A stretch of DNA of 64,000 nucleotides from positions 1-64,000 of the forward strand of contig NIVC01001783.1 of the NCBI GenBank assembly GCA_002269645.1. Reading direction: 5' to 3'. Below, piece after piece: positions 14,941 through 28,771 of the stretch (its first letter is position 1; each line of letters begins with the position of its first letter). The position numbers were made by a program, and so were the translations under genes. Origin of the DNA: Macrostomum lignano. Its lineage: Eukaryota. The notes below the pieces were generated by a model that saw only the letters and a program-made list of their open reading frames with translations, searched no databases and was not told where the DNA came from.

Positions 14941-15949
14941 ATTCATAAGTATTAAAAATAAGATTCATACATTCATACAGTACAAAAGAAGAAAAAACAC
15001 ACATTAATAATGGATAAAAGAAGAACTCCGTGCGCTACGCAGAGGACATCCAGTTTCTGGAAGTTTCTGAATCTTTTGCATCTCCCTTCGTACCGCCTAC
15101 AGCTGTGCACAGATCCATCACGTGTTTTTTTCCATCACGGGTGTTCGGTGTCTGACTGTTGGTACCTGGGTAAGGTTCAACGCGATGGTGACAGGTGAAT
15201 TGACAGCTCCCAGCTGAAGGTCCAATCCTTGGTAGCCCTCTTGTACAGGTGGCCTAGAAAGTCGAGCTACTGGTAAATTGCTTCGGCAGATCCCAGCCTA
15301 GTGCTAATGATGAGGTCTCTGGTTAGCATAGCCTAGGATATCTACAACCAGCTACCATTTTCTTTGGCTGACTCTACTTTGAACTAGAGAAAATTTCAAC
15401 AACTTTTTAAAGTTAGTAGAGAAGATGCAAAAAGTTCACTGTTTCGCTTTTTTCAAACTGTTTTTCCAGGAAAATCCATAAACAAACCGATGGGGAAAAC
15501 TTCAACCCAGGAACTTTAACTGATAAGATGAAAATTAGGAACCTCTGTCAGGGTTTTATGGATTATTGCTTTTCGAGGGTAGGGGAGGGGGGGGAGAGTC
15601 GATTATGTCCCCATGGGAAATTGAATCTTTGCCGTTGCAACAAACAATGCTCGCACAGACAAGAGTGAAGAAACTAAAGCTGAAAAGTAGGTTTAAAAAA
15701 TAGTAGCCAAAATGTTTATGAAAGCGGCACGTAAACCAAAATGAGATGATTAATTAAGAGGCGTCATTTATAGAAGACCGCATTCGCACACTTTTGATTT
15801 ATGACCCCACTAATCAGGGGGCGCGCGGTATTGGGGTGGCGCATCCCGACAGGGACCTTTAAAATATCTGGACTGAAAGGAATAGCTACTGGCCATGAAG
15901 TTTGTTGGGAAATTGAGCAGAAACTGAAAACTGTCTCCTCCGCATATGA

Positions 15950-16552
15950 GTGGGGGGCGCTTTTTCATCTGAATGGCGCCATTCCATTTTAGAGGGCGCC
16001 ATTTTCACTTTAGGGACACATTTTATTTTAGGGGGCGTATTCCATTTTAGGGGCGCCATTTCATATTAAGGGGCTCAACTTTATTTTAGGGAGTGCCATT
16101 TCATTTGACCATTTCAGCACCAGGGCGCCATTTCAGCTCCAGGGGTGCCGTTTCAGCATCAGGGGCGCCATTTCAGCATCAGGGGCGCCATTTCAGCACC
16201 AGGGGCGCCATTTCAGCACCAGTGGCGCCATTTCAGCCCCAGTGGCGCCATTTCAGCATCAGGGGCGCCATTTCAGCATCAGGGGCGCCATTTCAGCTTC
16301 AGGGGCGCCGTTTCAGCACCAGTGGCGCCATTTCAGCCCCAGTGGCGCCATTTCAGCCGCAGCGGCGCCATTTCAGCCCCAGTGGCGCCATTTCAGCCAC
16401 AGCGGCGCCGTTTCAGCACCAGGAGCGCCATTTCAGCCCCAGTGGCGCCATTTCAGCCCCAGTGGCGCCATTTCAGCCGCAGCGGCGCCGTTTTAGCACC
16501 AGGGGCGCCATTTCAGCTGCAGGGGCGCCGTTTCAGCCGCAGGGGCACCAAA
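15950..16552. repeat. 20-bp GGCGCC-core minisatellite (AGGGGCGCCATTTCAGCACC), degenerate at the left end
   Basis: Clean 20-bp period over ~16115-16550. Degenerate ggcgccattttaggg copies over 15950-16110. Confidence 0.93.
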
Positions 16553-17122
16553 AATAGTTAAATAAATAATTATTAAAACAGCCTTTGCAGATGCTTCATT
16601 GATCATATTTTGGCGCGGCGCGCAGGGTTACCAGTCCAGATCCCATTATAAAGACGTCCACGAATCGCGGCCATGAGAAATCTGGGCAAGAAAAAGAAAA
16701 AAGCGAAAATCCCCTAGAGGAAATCGCGGTCCCTCATCTCCTCTTCCTCGTCTCTGCGCCATTTGAGAGGAGACGGGCCGGGCCGCCTGACTCAAGCGGG
16801 GACGATCTGATTAAAATTGATGTCCCAATAACAGGCCTATAGTTACCTAGCCTCCTTCCCACTCCTTACCTATAGGCTCCATCAACTTGAGATACTTGAT
16901 CGCTAGTTTTTTTAGTTCAACCAAAACATCATCATTGCTTGCTCTGCAGTGAGCAGGTTGAAAACCTGTTGTGTGCTGCGGTAACTGCACTGTCTTAATC
17001 TCATTGAGTGCGTATCAAGTTTCTCTGTAAGCAAAATTTATTCAGGCAGTGGCTTTCGCTCTCAAATACTTTTCTGGCAGCTTTCATTCGCTAATAAAGT
17101 CAGCTCTAGTGTGTGAGAGGTG

Positions 17123-17772
<650 letters not shown>

Positions 17773-18133
17773 AAGAAGTGGAAAGAGTCTGGGAGAGCCT
17801 GAAAGATGATGCATACTTAGGAATTATTTGCATTTTCATAATTTTCTGAGAAACAGTCCCGTCTGTCTGGCCCGTCAGTATGGTTTATTGTCAGAGTTCT
17901 GCTGGCGTGCGTGACGAATTCTGTTTTGAAAACAATGGTGAAACAATGGCAAAGTAAAAAGAGAAAATTAAAACTCTGTATAGGAAAAGATCAATTGGCA
18001 TGCATTGTTCAAATTTGAGTGCAAAGCTGTAAAATCTCTGGGCTGAAAACCGAGAAATCATAAAGTCATAAAAATTTAGACTTGACTTTTTTAAATCATT
18101 GTCTAGTGTGCCCTAGAATTCTAAAACTTTATG

Positions 18134-18770
18134 ATAGAGGGGAGGGTGGACAGAGGATAGAGGGGAGAGTAGACAGCGGATAGAGGGGAGAGTAGACAGC
18201 GGATAGAGGGGAGAGTAGACAGCGGATAGAAGGGAGGGTAGACAGAGGATTGAGGAAAGGGTAGACAGCGGATAGAGGGGAGAGTATACAGCGGATTGAG
18301 GGGGAGAGTAGACAGCGGATTGAGGGGGAGAGTAGACAGCGGATAGAGGGGAGAGTAGACAGAAGATAGAAGGGGAGGGTAGACAGCGGATTGAGGGGGA
18401 GAGTAGACAGAAGATAGAAGGGGAGGGTAGACAGAGGATTGAGGGAAGGGTAGACAGCGGATAGAGGGGAGAGTAGACAGAAGATAGAGAGAGAGGGTAG
18501 ACAGAAGATAGAAGGGGAGGGTAGACAGCGGATTGAGGGGGAGAGTAGACAGAAGATAGAAGGGGAGGGTAGACAGCGGATTGAGGGGGAGAGTAGACAG
18601 CGGATTGAGGGGGAGAGTAGACAGCGGATTGAGGGGGAGAGTAGACAGAAGATAGAAGGGGAGGGAAGACAGAGGATAGAGGTGGAGGGTAGACAGCGGA
18701 TGGATTGGAGGGTAGACAGCGGATAGATTGGAGGGTAGACAGCGGATAGAGGGGAGGCTAGACAGTATAG
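18134..18770. repeat. 23-bp purine-rich minisatellite (GGGGAGAGTAGACAGCGGATAGA)
   Basis: agtagacagc recurs at 18191, 18214 and onward. Confidence 0.93.
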
Positions 18771-18915
18771 AAGCTGGGGAAAGTTAGATAGAGGAGATAC
18801 AAGTAAGTCCTAGAAAGTGCACGAATATTAGAATTTGCTCTCTGAGCCTAATTACAATTTATTGTGAGCTAATTTTAATCGTTAAGAGCTCAGAATTAGT
18901 TAAAGTGGGCACATA

Positions 18916-19039
<124 letters not shown>

Positions 19040-19614
19040 TCTATACGTAAAAGCACATTGTGAGCAGCCCACAAGCAGCGGAGACTAGAGTAATAAAAAC
19101 ATGCAAATCCGCCTCACTAAGCTTGCTGGTTAATATAATCTTGTGCAAGCCAGTGAAGCATTTACAAAAAAACTGGTCGGCATGCAGACAGACGGGACTG
19201 GTGTAATTAATAGTTTTTAACGAAATGCTCATTGACATGCTTTTTACTCTCTTTAGCTAGTCAACGTACATACACCGTATGAGACGACTTTACTTGGATG
19301 CAGAAGTAATTCGAATTTCGAATCGGACGGAACCTGGCTGCATCAATCAAATTGTGCTTTTTATTCCATCTGGAACTGCAGCTTGTACAGTACAGTATGG
19401 ATGCCTTCCTGTGCTCTCCAGCGGTGTTCTCTTGGTCCAGGCTTTCTTTGAGTAGTCGAACACAGATCGAGAGTATTTCCAGAATTTTAGTGCAGTTATG
19501 CCTGCATATAAAGAAAACTAATGGGGGACGCAGAGTCCTCTTAGGCGACCAAATTGTGTCTTTGAATCCCGTATGGTGTCAAGATGGGCCTCATCTTTTG
19601 TCTCATATTTTCAT

Positions 19615-20152
19615 TTGACATCAATATGTCTTAGTAACGCCAAGATGTGTCTTATGTGACGCCAAGATGTGACTTATGTGACGTCAAGATGTGTCTTATT
19701 TGAAGTTGATATGTGTCTCATTTGAAGTCAGGATCTGTCTCATTTGACGTCAAGCTGTGTCTCATTTGACATCAAGATGTGTCTCATTTGACGTCAAGAT
19801 GTGTCTCATTTGACATCAAGATGTTTCTCATTTGACATCAAGATGTTTCTTATTTGACGTCGAGCTGTGTCTCGGTTGACGCCAAGATGTGTCTCGGTTG
19901 ACTCCAAGATGTGTCTCGTTTGACGTCATTTGACATCAGGATGTGTCTTAGTTGACATCAAGATGTGTCTTATTTGACATCACGATGTGTCTTATTTGAC
20001 ATCACGATGTGTCTTATTTGACATCAAGATGCGTCTTATCTGACATCAGGATGTGTCTCATTTGACATCAAGATGTGTCTCATTTGACGCTAAGATGTGT
20101 CTTATTTGACGCCAAGATATGTGTCTTATGTGACATCAAGATGTGTCTTATT
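19615..20152. repeat. 22-bp minisatellite (GACATCAAGATGTGTCTCATTT)
   Basis: About 24 moderately diverged units. Confidence 0.92.
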
Positions 20153-22871
20153 TACAGCCACTGCCACTTACAGCCACTTATACACATGCACGCTCACACA
20201 GGGTCTACAGCAGCCCTGACTTTCTAATTGCCAGGCTGGCATGTTAGTCTGTCAGTCTGGTTAGTAGGTTTAGTCCGTTAAAAAAAATTTTTTGCAACCT
20301 AGCGTGAACAATGACATGTTGTCAGCTAGTTTTACTTATTTAACTGTCAATCAATCAGTCAGTCTGTCACTCATCCATTGTTTGACTTCAAGGTGTCAGC
20401 CAAGCTTCCTTAGGAGCCTCTGATTTTCTGCAGCGTTGTTTGACACTTGTCCCTTGATGGGATGTGAGTTCAAGGGATTTGGGTTGCAGTAGTGGGGAGG
20501 TATAGCTAGATACAGACTCAGACACTCACTGGCTAGGCTGGGAAGCTGGGAGCATGGGAGATTTGACTGACTGCAGCTTCAATGAGTCCATTGCATAGCT
20601 ACACGCATACGAGCCAATGCACGCGGTCTTCAAATCAATTAATCAAGATATTTGGAGGTGGATGGTTGGTGGCCTATGCGGGGCCAAGGTAGGTTAAGGG
20701 TTGGACACACTTCAGGTCTGAGAGGTATAAAACGGCCCCCTCACGTGCGTGACGCCCCGGATTGCCGAGGCCTGCATAGAGACTAGGCAACTAAGCCTGA
20801 GCTGCATAGCCCAGCTATGCCCATGCAGATGAATAATGAAAACCGTCTGGCCTTCAGCATTGCATAGGGGCAGCCTCTCTGCAGCCTTCTGCCAACCGGC
20901 CCTCAGTGCGTCTTGACTTGTCTGACAGCACCTTATAACTCCTTATAGATATAGGCGCAGCACGCATGCATAAATTGGCTGATAAATACTCGTACATTAT
21001 GAAGCTACGAGCTACATTAGATATCCTCAATTTTTGGCAACAGTAAAGTTAAAATTATATCAATCAATGAATAGATTATAAAAAAAGAAAATCGATTTTC
21101 CAGTCGGCTAGTAGGATTAACTAAAAAGAAAATATTTAGGGCTATGATTTTAATTGATATTAATAATATTTAATTGCTGATTAAAATATTTATTTGTTAA
21201 TTTTACAGGTTGTTAATTATTGTGATTTACTGTTATTTACCGTATCTACTTATTGTATATCATGTACGGGCGCTACACAAGTGCGCAATTTTCGTGAAAA
21301 TCGGTCGAGACATTTTTGCTGAAATCAATCACATATAGAGAATCGTGGACATAAAACTCTTTTTTACGGTTCTTATTCATTTATTTTTTAATTTTTTGTG
21401 CCACTGTTCTCCTCTAGTGCATTTATTTTCTTTTATTGTTCTTGATAAATTTCAATATAAAATGTATAATTATTTGCTTTTCAGCTCTAGCTATTTGAAG
21501 CTTAGGGTAGTAGTCTAAGCTTTTTAAGTTTTTTGGTTATTTTTACAAAAATTTTATTGATTCGCGTTTGGTTATTTTGTCGTTATCGATATTTGTTTAT
21601 TCTTTCTGTTCTTGTTAAATGAATACTCGTAATAACAAATATATTAACCTATGTATTCTACAAATAAATTTTAATAATAAAACACTGTTATATTGGACAA
21701 GCAATATTATTAAAAACCGCTGCAAACGTCATTTATAAACTAGCTCATACCTAGATATCAAATGGCTATACGAGCGTAGCTACTATTGTCCTTTATCATG
21801 TATCTCCCTGCAAAAATGATTTCGTTTTTTGCAAAAAGACAATCTTGTGAGTACAAATGCATTGATCGGTATGAAAGTTAATCCAGCACAAAAATCTACT
21901 AGCTAATGGACACAAAGCACTAAACAGGGCGAACAGAAAAGAAACGTTGACAGCAAGCAACAATCATTAACATCTATACGTCTGTCTGAATGGCCCCAAT
22001 AAGGAATGATATCGCTTTACATTTGGACAGATGCACTTTAGTATAGCTAAGAAAACAATTGCTTAAAAGTAATTACCTGTTGCATACCCCAAAAATAAAT
22101 TCAGATAGTATAAATTTAACTGTTGAAATTGCTATTAAAATATCCTGAGGTGTCAAAGAAACTCAGGGCTACCTCAAAGAAACTTACGGACACTTCAAAA
22201 AAACCCCAGTTGTGTAACTAAACAATCTTTCTTTGAAGTATTGAGCCCCCCCCCCCTTGGCTCAGACTTGAGAGAGAGTTGCACATGACGGTGGCTCAAC
22301 ATACAACGCAGCTCTTAACTCTTAGCAGTGATGTCGGCAAGAAGCTACAAAAAGTCAAAAAAGAAAAGACGGATGCAGAATCAGGTAGCTGTATGTGCTT
22401 GGAGCCAGCCAATAGCAGCACGGCAAACCTTGGCCTCCCAATCCCCAATCACCGTTAGCAATGATCGCCATGTGTAGAGACCGCCCAGGCGCAATAGGCT
22501 ACTGCCCCCTCTAAAATACACCCCCAAAGACGCAAGTCGACCACTCTGAAATCTCATCTCCCGTCTCTCACACTCTCTCTCTCCTGGTCTAGCTACCCAT
22601 AAAATTTCATCCTCATTACCTTTCTGAAGACGAGGCACCACGCGTCGTCTTCTGTCTTTCCTCTTTCCGAGATTCTGATTTGAGAAATCGAATAATACGT
22701 ACATCTAGCGCATTGTTTTAGTCACAAATTTTAGAAGCAAATTGAGCTGCAAAACCTCCGCTTTGGAAGGTAAGAAACTACTTACTGCCTTATTCATATT
22801 CCAGAATATTGAGCCGGCTTTGTTGAGTGATTTTAGCGTATAAGGACTTGTCGTTTGTCCCCCCCCAGCGA

Positions 22872-23640
22872 ATTAATTGAGGGATTCCCCTAATTAAACC
22901 CCTGAATCAACTGATTGATTCCCCTAACTAAACCCCTGAATCAATTAAGGGATTCTCCTAATTAAAACCCTGTATCAACTGCGGGATTCCCCAAATTAAA
23001 CCCCTGAATCAACTGAGGGATTCCCCTAATTAAACCTGTGAATCAACCGAGGGATTCCCCAAATTGAACTCCTGAATCAACTGATGGATTCCCCAAATTG
23101 AACTCCTGAATCAACTGAGGGATTCCCCAAATTAAACTCCTGAATCAACTGAGGGATTCCCCTAATTAAACTCCTGAATCAACTGAGGGATTCCCCTAAC
23201 TAAACCCCTGAATCAACTGAGGGATTCCCCTAATTAAACCCCTCAATCAACTGAGGGATTCCCCTAATTAAACCTGTGAATCAACCGAGGGATTCCCCAA
23301 ATTGAACTCCTGAATCAACTGATGGATTCCCCAAATTGAACTCCTGAATCAACTGAGGGATTCCCCAAATTAAACTCCTGAATCAACTGAGGGATTCCCC
23401 TTAATTAAACTCCTGAATCAACTGAGGGATTCCCCTAATTAAACCTGTGAATCAACCGAGGGATTCCCCTAAGTAAACCCTTGAATCAACCGAGGGATTC
23501 CCCTAAGTAAACCCTTGAATCAACCGAGGGATTCCCCTAATTAAACCTGTGAATCAACCGAGGGATTCCCCTAATTAAACCTGTGAATCAACCGAGGGAT
23601 TCCCCTAAGTAAACCCTTGAATCAACCGAGGGATTCCCAA
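22872..23640. repeat. 34-bp minisatellite (GGGATTCCCCTAATTAAACCCCTGAATCAACTGA)
   Basis: gattcccc recurs every 34 bp, ~22 units. Confidence 0.95.
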
Positions 23641-23894
23641 AAGTCATGGATCTGGTGTGAAATTATTCGAATCAAAGCCGGGATAAAATTAACCGATTAC
23701 TTTGCAGTCAATTAATACCCGCCTAGTAAAAAATCGATATATTTACGCTCGTATTTACGTAGAAAACACGGCTTCACGGTTAAAATAGACAAAACTACTT
23801 CTCAAACTGTCAACCCTATCATACTGACCTCAATCTAGCGAATTTCGACAGAAAAATCAATTTTTTTTCACGAAAACTATAGTTCTACGTGTTA

Positions 23895-23896
<2 letters not shown>

Positions 23897-23925
<29 letters not shown>
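23897..23925. repeat. (TA)n microsatellite
   Basis: Direct reading of the sequence. Confidence 0.9.
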
Positions 23926-23927
<2 letters not shown>

Positions 23928-24410
23928 ATATACATACAAATATTTATACTCAGCACCCTCCCTGGAAACCAGTTTACTCCACTTAGTAAATTCAATTTCC
24001 AAAGTTAAAGAAGATAGATAGAGTCAGATAAGGATGGCTAGATAGCTAGATAGTTGCCCCTATAACAGCAAGTGGGCTCCGGCGTGTTAGTTAACTGAAA
24101 ATGCCACTTCCTCCCTTTTCTCAAATACGTTCCTCTTTCCGCGACGACCGAAGTTCCTGAGATTTCCTAGCCCCCTACTCAGGCTGGAGAGAAAGCTTCT
24201 CAACTGACAATTGGTTTAAGCCCTGGCGGTGGCTGTAGTTGTATATCCTCAAATTCTATAGATATATGGATGCGCGGCATCTTTCTGCTGAAAAACTTTG
24301 CTGGATTTTTCCCCGTGACTACCGCCAGGCAATGCAATGCCCAGGTATTGTTTTGCTTTTTAAATCTTCCCAAATTAAGTATTCCCAATAAGGGTGAGGA
24401 GAAAGGGTGT

Positions 24411-24625
24411 CCGGGGCGTAGCCAGGATTTTTTTGTTTCGTGGGGCGCCATCATGGAGGCGCCATTGTGGGGCGCCATCGTGGTGGCGCCATAGTGGGGA
24501 TGACATCGTGAAGGCGCCAAGCAAAAGCACCAGAGGGCGCCAAGCACCAGAGGGCGCCAAGCACCAGAGGGCGCCGAGCACCAGAGGGCGCCAAGCACCA
24601 GAGGGCGCCGAGCACCAAGTTGCGC
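24411..24625. repeat. GGCGCC-core repeats (19-20-bp units, then 17-bp GAGGGCGCCAAGCACCA units) downstream of a GGGGCGTAGCCAGGATTTT terminus-like motif
   Basis: About 5 copies of the 17-mer at 24530-24620. The core is shared with the 16-kb and 27-kb arrays. Confidence 0.8.
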
Positions 24626-25094
24626 CACAAGTTTAGCAAGGAAATTTAATCCAAATGACGGCCAGTCAAACCTCGGCCACTTCTCACTTTACCTCAGTCC
24701 TCAAAACAAACCCCCTTCATCTTGTCCAACGCATTAGCATCGCCGCACATTAGAGCGATGACGTAATAACGCCGATTTCAACTCAACGCCTTTAAGTGAG
24801 AGAGTTGGACAGGGAATAAGAAGCAATATAAATTGTGAGGGAGAATCTCTCCTAAATCTACTTGTGAAGCCTTATAACTAAATATTTTTTCCTTTAAAGC
24901 TTTCTTCTGCTTTCGTGAAATACTCTAACGACAACTTTTATTAAAACACATTAGCTTGATTAGCTGGGAACAGATGGAGTACAGATAATGCGCCTTTACT
25001 ACATTTTACCTAGATTGAGCACTCTCTGAACTGTGTTAAAATATCTAATTTACTCGTTGACTTCTTGAGGATTTTTTTTTACCAACTTAACCCG

Positions 25095-25630
25095 TCTAGT
25101 ATTTCTTAGAAATGTCATCGATCCAGTATTTCTTAGAGATGCTACTACGCTCGTAGTTAGAGTATTTATTAAAAATTCAGTTGTCAAGCATTTCCTAGAA
25201 AACTCATCTAGCAATTCTTAGAAACTTCACAACCAACAAATTCTTAGAAGTTTCACTAGTCTAGCATTTCTTAGAAATGTAACTAATCTAGTATTTCTTA
25301 GAAATGTCACTAGTCTAGCATTTCTTAGAAATTTCACCAGTCTAGTATTTCTTAGAAATGTCACTAGTCTAGCATTTCTTAGAAATGTCACTAGTCTAGC
25401 ATTTCTTAGAAAAGTCACTAGTTTAGTATTTCTTAGAAATGTCACTAGTCTAGCATTTCTTAGAAATGTCACTAGTCTAGCATTTCTTAGAAAAGTCACT
25501 AGTCTAGCATTTCTTAGAAATGTCACTAGTCTAGCATTTCTTAGAAATGTCACTAGTCTAGCATTTCTTAGAAATGCCACTAGTCTCGCATTTCTTAGAA
25601 ATGTCACTAGTTTAGCATTTCTTAGAAATC
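25095..25630. repeat. 27-bp minisatellite (TTTCTTAGAAATGTCACTAGTCTAGCA)
   Basis: The 27-bp period matches the 9-aa repeat of the minus-strand ORF. The left flank is degenerate. Confidence 0.95.
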
Positions 25631-26122
25631 ACTCCTAAAAATGCCTGGCACTTCTACTGCAAAGAAAATTCTAAAATCACATTTTAAAACAGCCTCAAAT
25701 CGAAGCCTCATACACGACTCACGCGCTTCAGCTTAGCTCAAAAACCAATTCAGGCAGTCAGAACGGGAAGCCAATCCCCCAACAAATCATCCAGGTCAGC
25801 AGAGAGGTGAGACTCAGCTCACAGCTGTTGCTAAGGAGGTCGCGGTGGACAGGAAAAAATTCTACAGCATTCAGATGAGTCCACTCAGGCTCTCAGCTGA
25901 GCAGAATAGCCGTTGTTGCAGTTTCCTGGCAAAATGGAGAAAGCTGTATTAAAAAAACTGGATTTACAGGGCTTGGTAATGGGGATGAGGTTTTGCAACA
26001 ACAGGTCACTGCAGCTTAAAAGTCACTGAGAGGCTGCTGAGAGCAGGGGAACTCAACTGTGCTTCCTTGTTGCAGAAATTGCATTCCACTTCAGGGTGAG
26101 ACAGGTGGAGAAGAAGGAGATG

Positions 26123-26281
<159 letters not shown>

Positions 26282-26916
26282 TACCAGCGCAAATAACCAC
26301 ACGTCATCACCAAGAGCAAGCACCCCATGGCGGACCTCCCGCAGTCACTCAGAATTGAATATGGGAAATCAAGTCAAGCCAATAAAACGCTCATTATTTG
26401 CCTGGACTCACTGTGACTCCTGCTGACTCCACGATCATCTGTCCATCTCAGACATCCATTCTCAGTCAGTCTGGCAGCACGCGAAACGGCCCCAACCCCC
26501 TCCACAATCCTCTGCAAAAATGGTTATGCAAGCAATTTTGTCAAAGAAAGAGCTTCACTGCGTGCCACGTCATCAAGAAGGAGGCTGGGAGTTTGGCTGA
26601 GTAAAGGAATTCCTCCCAGTATGCGGTTTTTATCACTTCTCTCCAATCTTTTCCCGTGATGACAGTCTGGCAGTTAATCTCATATATATACTAATCCGCT
26701 CTGGCTTCTGGTCAACTTCAGCTGGTCAGGTATAAGGTCTAATCCGGAGCGTGGCCATAATCTGCCAGGTAGCATCTTTTGGCTAATTAATATGAGTCAA
26801 CATTTTCTGCTTCGTCCTCAATGCAGCTAGCGGGCGCGGGCGGGCGTATAGCCAATGTGGAAGGTGGCTGCGGCCCCACCTACCCCCTACCCCCACAATA
26901 GGCTGGCAAAGGGAAT

Positions 26917-27660
26917 GGCGCCCCTTGGTGCTGGCGCCCCTTGGTGCTGGCGCCCCTTGGTGCTGGCGCCCCTTGGTGCTGGCGCCCCTTGGTGCTGGCG
27001 CCCCTTGGTGCTGGCGCCCCTTGGTGCTGGCGCCCCTTGGTGCTGGCGCCCCTTGGTGCTGGCGCCCCTTGGTGCTGGTGCCCCTTGGTGCTGGCGCCCC
27101 TTGGTGCTGGCGCCCCTTGGTGCTAAAGCCCCTTGGTGCTAAAGCCCCTTGGTGCTAAAGCCCCTTGGTGCTAAAGCCCCTTGGTGCTAAAGCCCCTTGG
27201 TGCTGGCGCCCCTTGGTGCTAAAGCCCCTTGGTGCTAAAGCCCCTTGGTGCTAAAGCCCCTTGGTGCTAAAGCCCCTTGGTGCTAAAGCCCCTTGGTGCT
27301 AAAGCCCCTTGGTGCTAAAGCCCCTTGGTGCTAAAGCCCCTTGGTGCTAAAGCCCCTTGGTGCTAAAGCCCCTTGGTGCTAAAGCCCCTTGGTGCTAAAG
27401 CCCCTTGGTGCTAAAGCCCCTTGGTGCTAAAGCCCCTTGGTGCTAAAGCCCCTTGGTGCTAAAGCCCCTTGGTGCTTCCTTAAAATGGCGCCTCTTGTCC
27501 CTAAAAATGCGCCTTCCCCTAAAATGGCGCTCCTCCCTTAAAAATGGCGCCCCATACCCTATAATGGTGCCCTTTCCCTAAAATGGGCCCGCTTTCTCTA
27601 AAATGGCGCTTCTCCCTTAAAGTGACGCTTCTCCCCTAAAATAACGCCCCTCCCTTTAGA
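26917..27660. repeat. 16-bp minisatellite (GGTGCTGGCGCCCCTT switching to GGTGCTAAAGCCCCTT), followed by a degenerate AAAATGGCGCC...CCCT zone
   Basis: 16-bp period over 26917-27476. Degenerate ~20-bp copies over 27480-27660. Confidence 0.95.
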
Positions 27661-27890
27661 ATAATAAAAGCTTGCAACGAAGCAAGGGTAGAACGTGTGA
27701 AGAGGAGACGCCTGCCGCTATTTTACACACAGAAATCCAAAGCGGCAGAAACTGATGCCTACGGAAATATTTATTTGCCACTTGTGCCGCCGACGCTTCG
27801 TCGCATCCGTCGCTAGAAGCAACAGAGAGTGAAAAAGAAGAAGCAGAGGAGCAGATGAGGACGAGAGGATTACACCGTGTGACTTGCTCC

Positions 27891-27892
<2 letters not shown>

Positions 27893-27946
<54 letters not shown>
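27893..27946. repeat. (CT)n microsatellite
   Basis: Direct reading of the sequence. Confidence 0.97.
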
Positions 27947-27948
<2 letters not shown>

Positions 27949-28771
27949 TCACCTGGGTGGGGATTTTATCCCACCACCCAACTCCGTAGTCAGCCAAAGC
28001 CTTTCCCTCTTTCTCTCTCATGGGATTTCTCGGCGCTTCTTTTGCTGGGCCAATTTTCACATCCCACACGTGCACGCCCCGCTGCCTTGCTGAACAGGGG
28101 GGGGGGGAATTATATCTGTTCTCCCACTTTCCCTTTTGCTTAATTTCCTTGCAGGGCCGGGGAAAAAGAAAAAAAATGCCTATTGCAAAGGTATATCAGG
28201 TATTAATGCAATGCGTCCCGACTACACCGCTAAATGGAGCTTGAAAAAGTCGAACGAACGAATCTGTTTGAGGGATTTCCCCTTTCTCCTCTAGTCTATC
28301 GATAATTCCTTTCTTCCCTAAAATGAGAAAATTGTCTCTGAGTCACACTCCGGACGAGGTTTGGTAGGGTCGGTGAGAACAGAGTTAGAGCAGAGACTTC
28401 AGGTAGGTTTTAATAATAAGACAAATTAGTCTTAACCTTCTGTCCCAGTGTATGCATAACGTTATTAGAATAGATAAAATCTGCAGGAGGGTCGACGGAT
28501 TTCATCTCGTCTGTGACTTGATTATTATTCGATATACAGGCCGATTCTTTCCAACCGGCTCGGCCGGGGAGCCTGGCTGAGATTCGGGAGGGACATCAAT
28601 TAGTCACTTTGTGTCCAGCTCCTGGACTGTGCATTTATCTTTCATTAGGGCATAGGTAATTCTCCTCTCTGAGCATAGCTCTCTTTTTCTTTGGCGTGTG
28701 TGTGTGCGTGTGCTTCTCTTTTAATGGTTTTTTAATGCTTTAGCTAGGATGGAGTTGAATATGATTCATAT

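Noticed and set aside
15010-15370. Possible RT remnant (VRYAEDIQF resembles a YADD motif)
   Set aside because: No other RT motifs in any frame, and the frame is short; probably chance.
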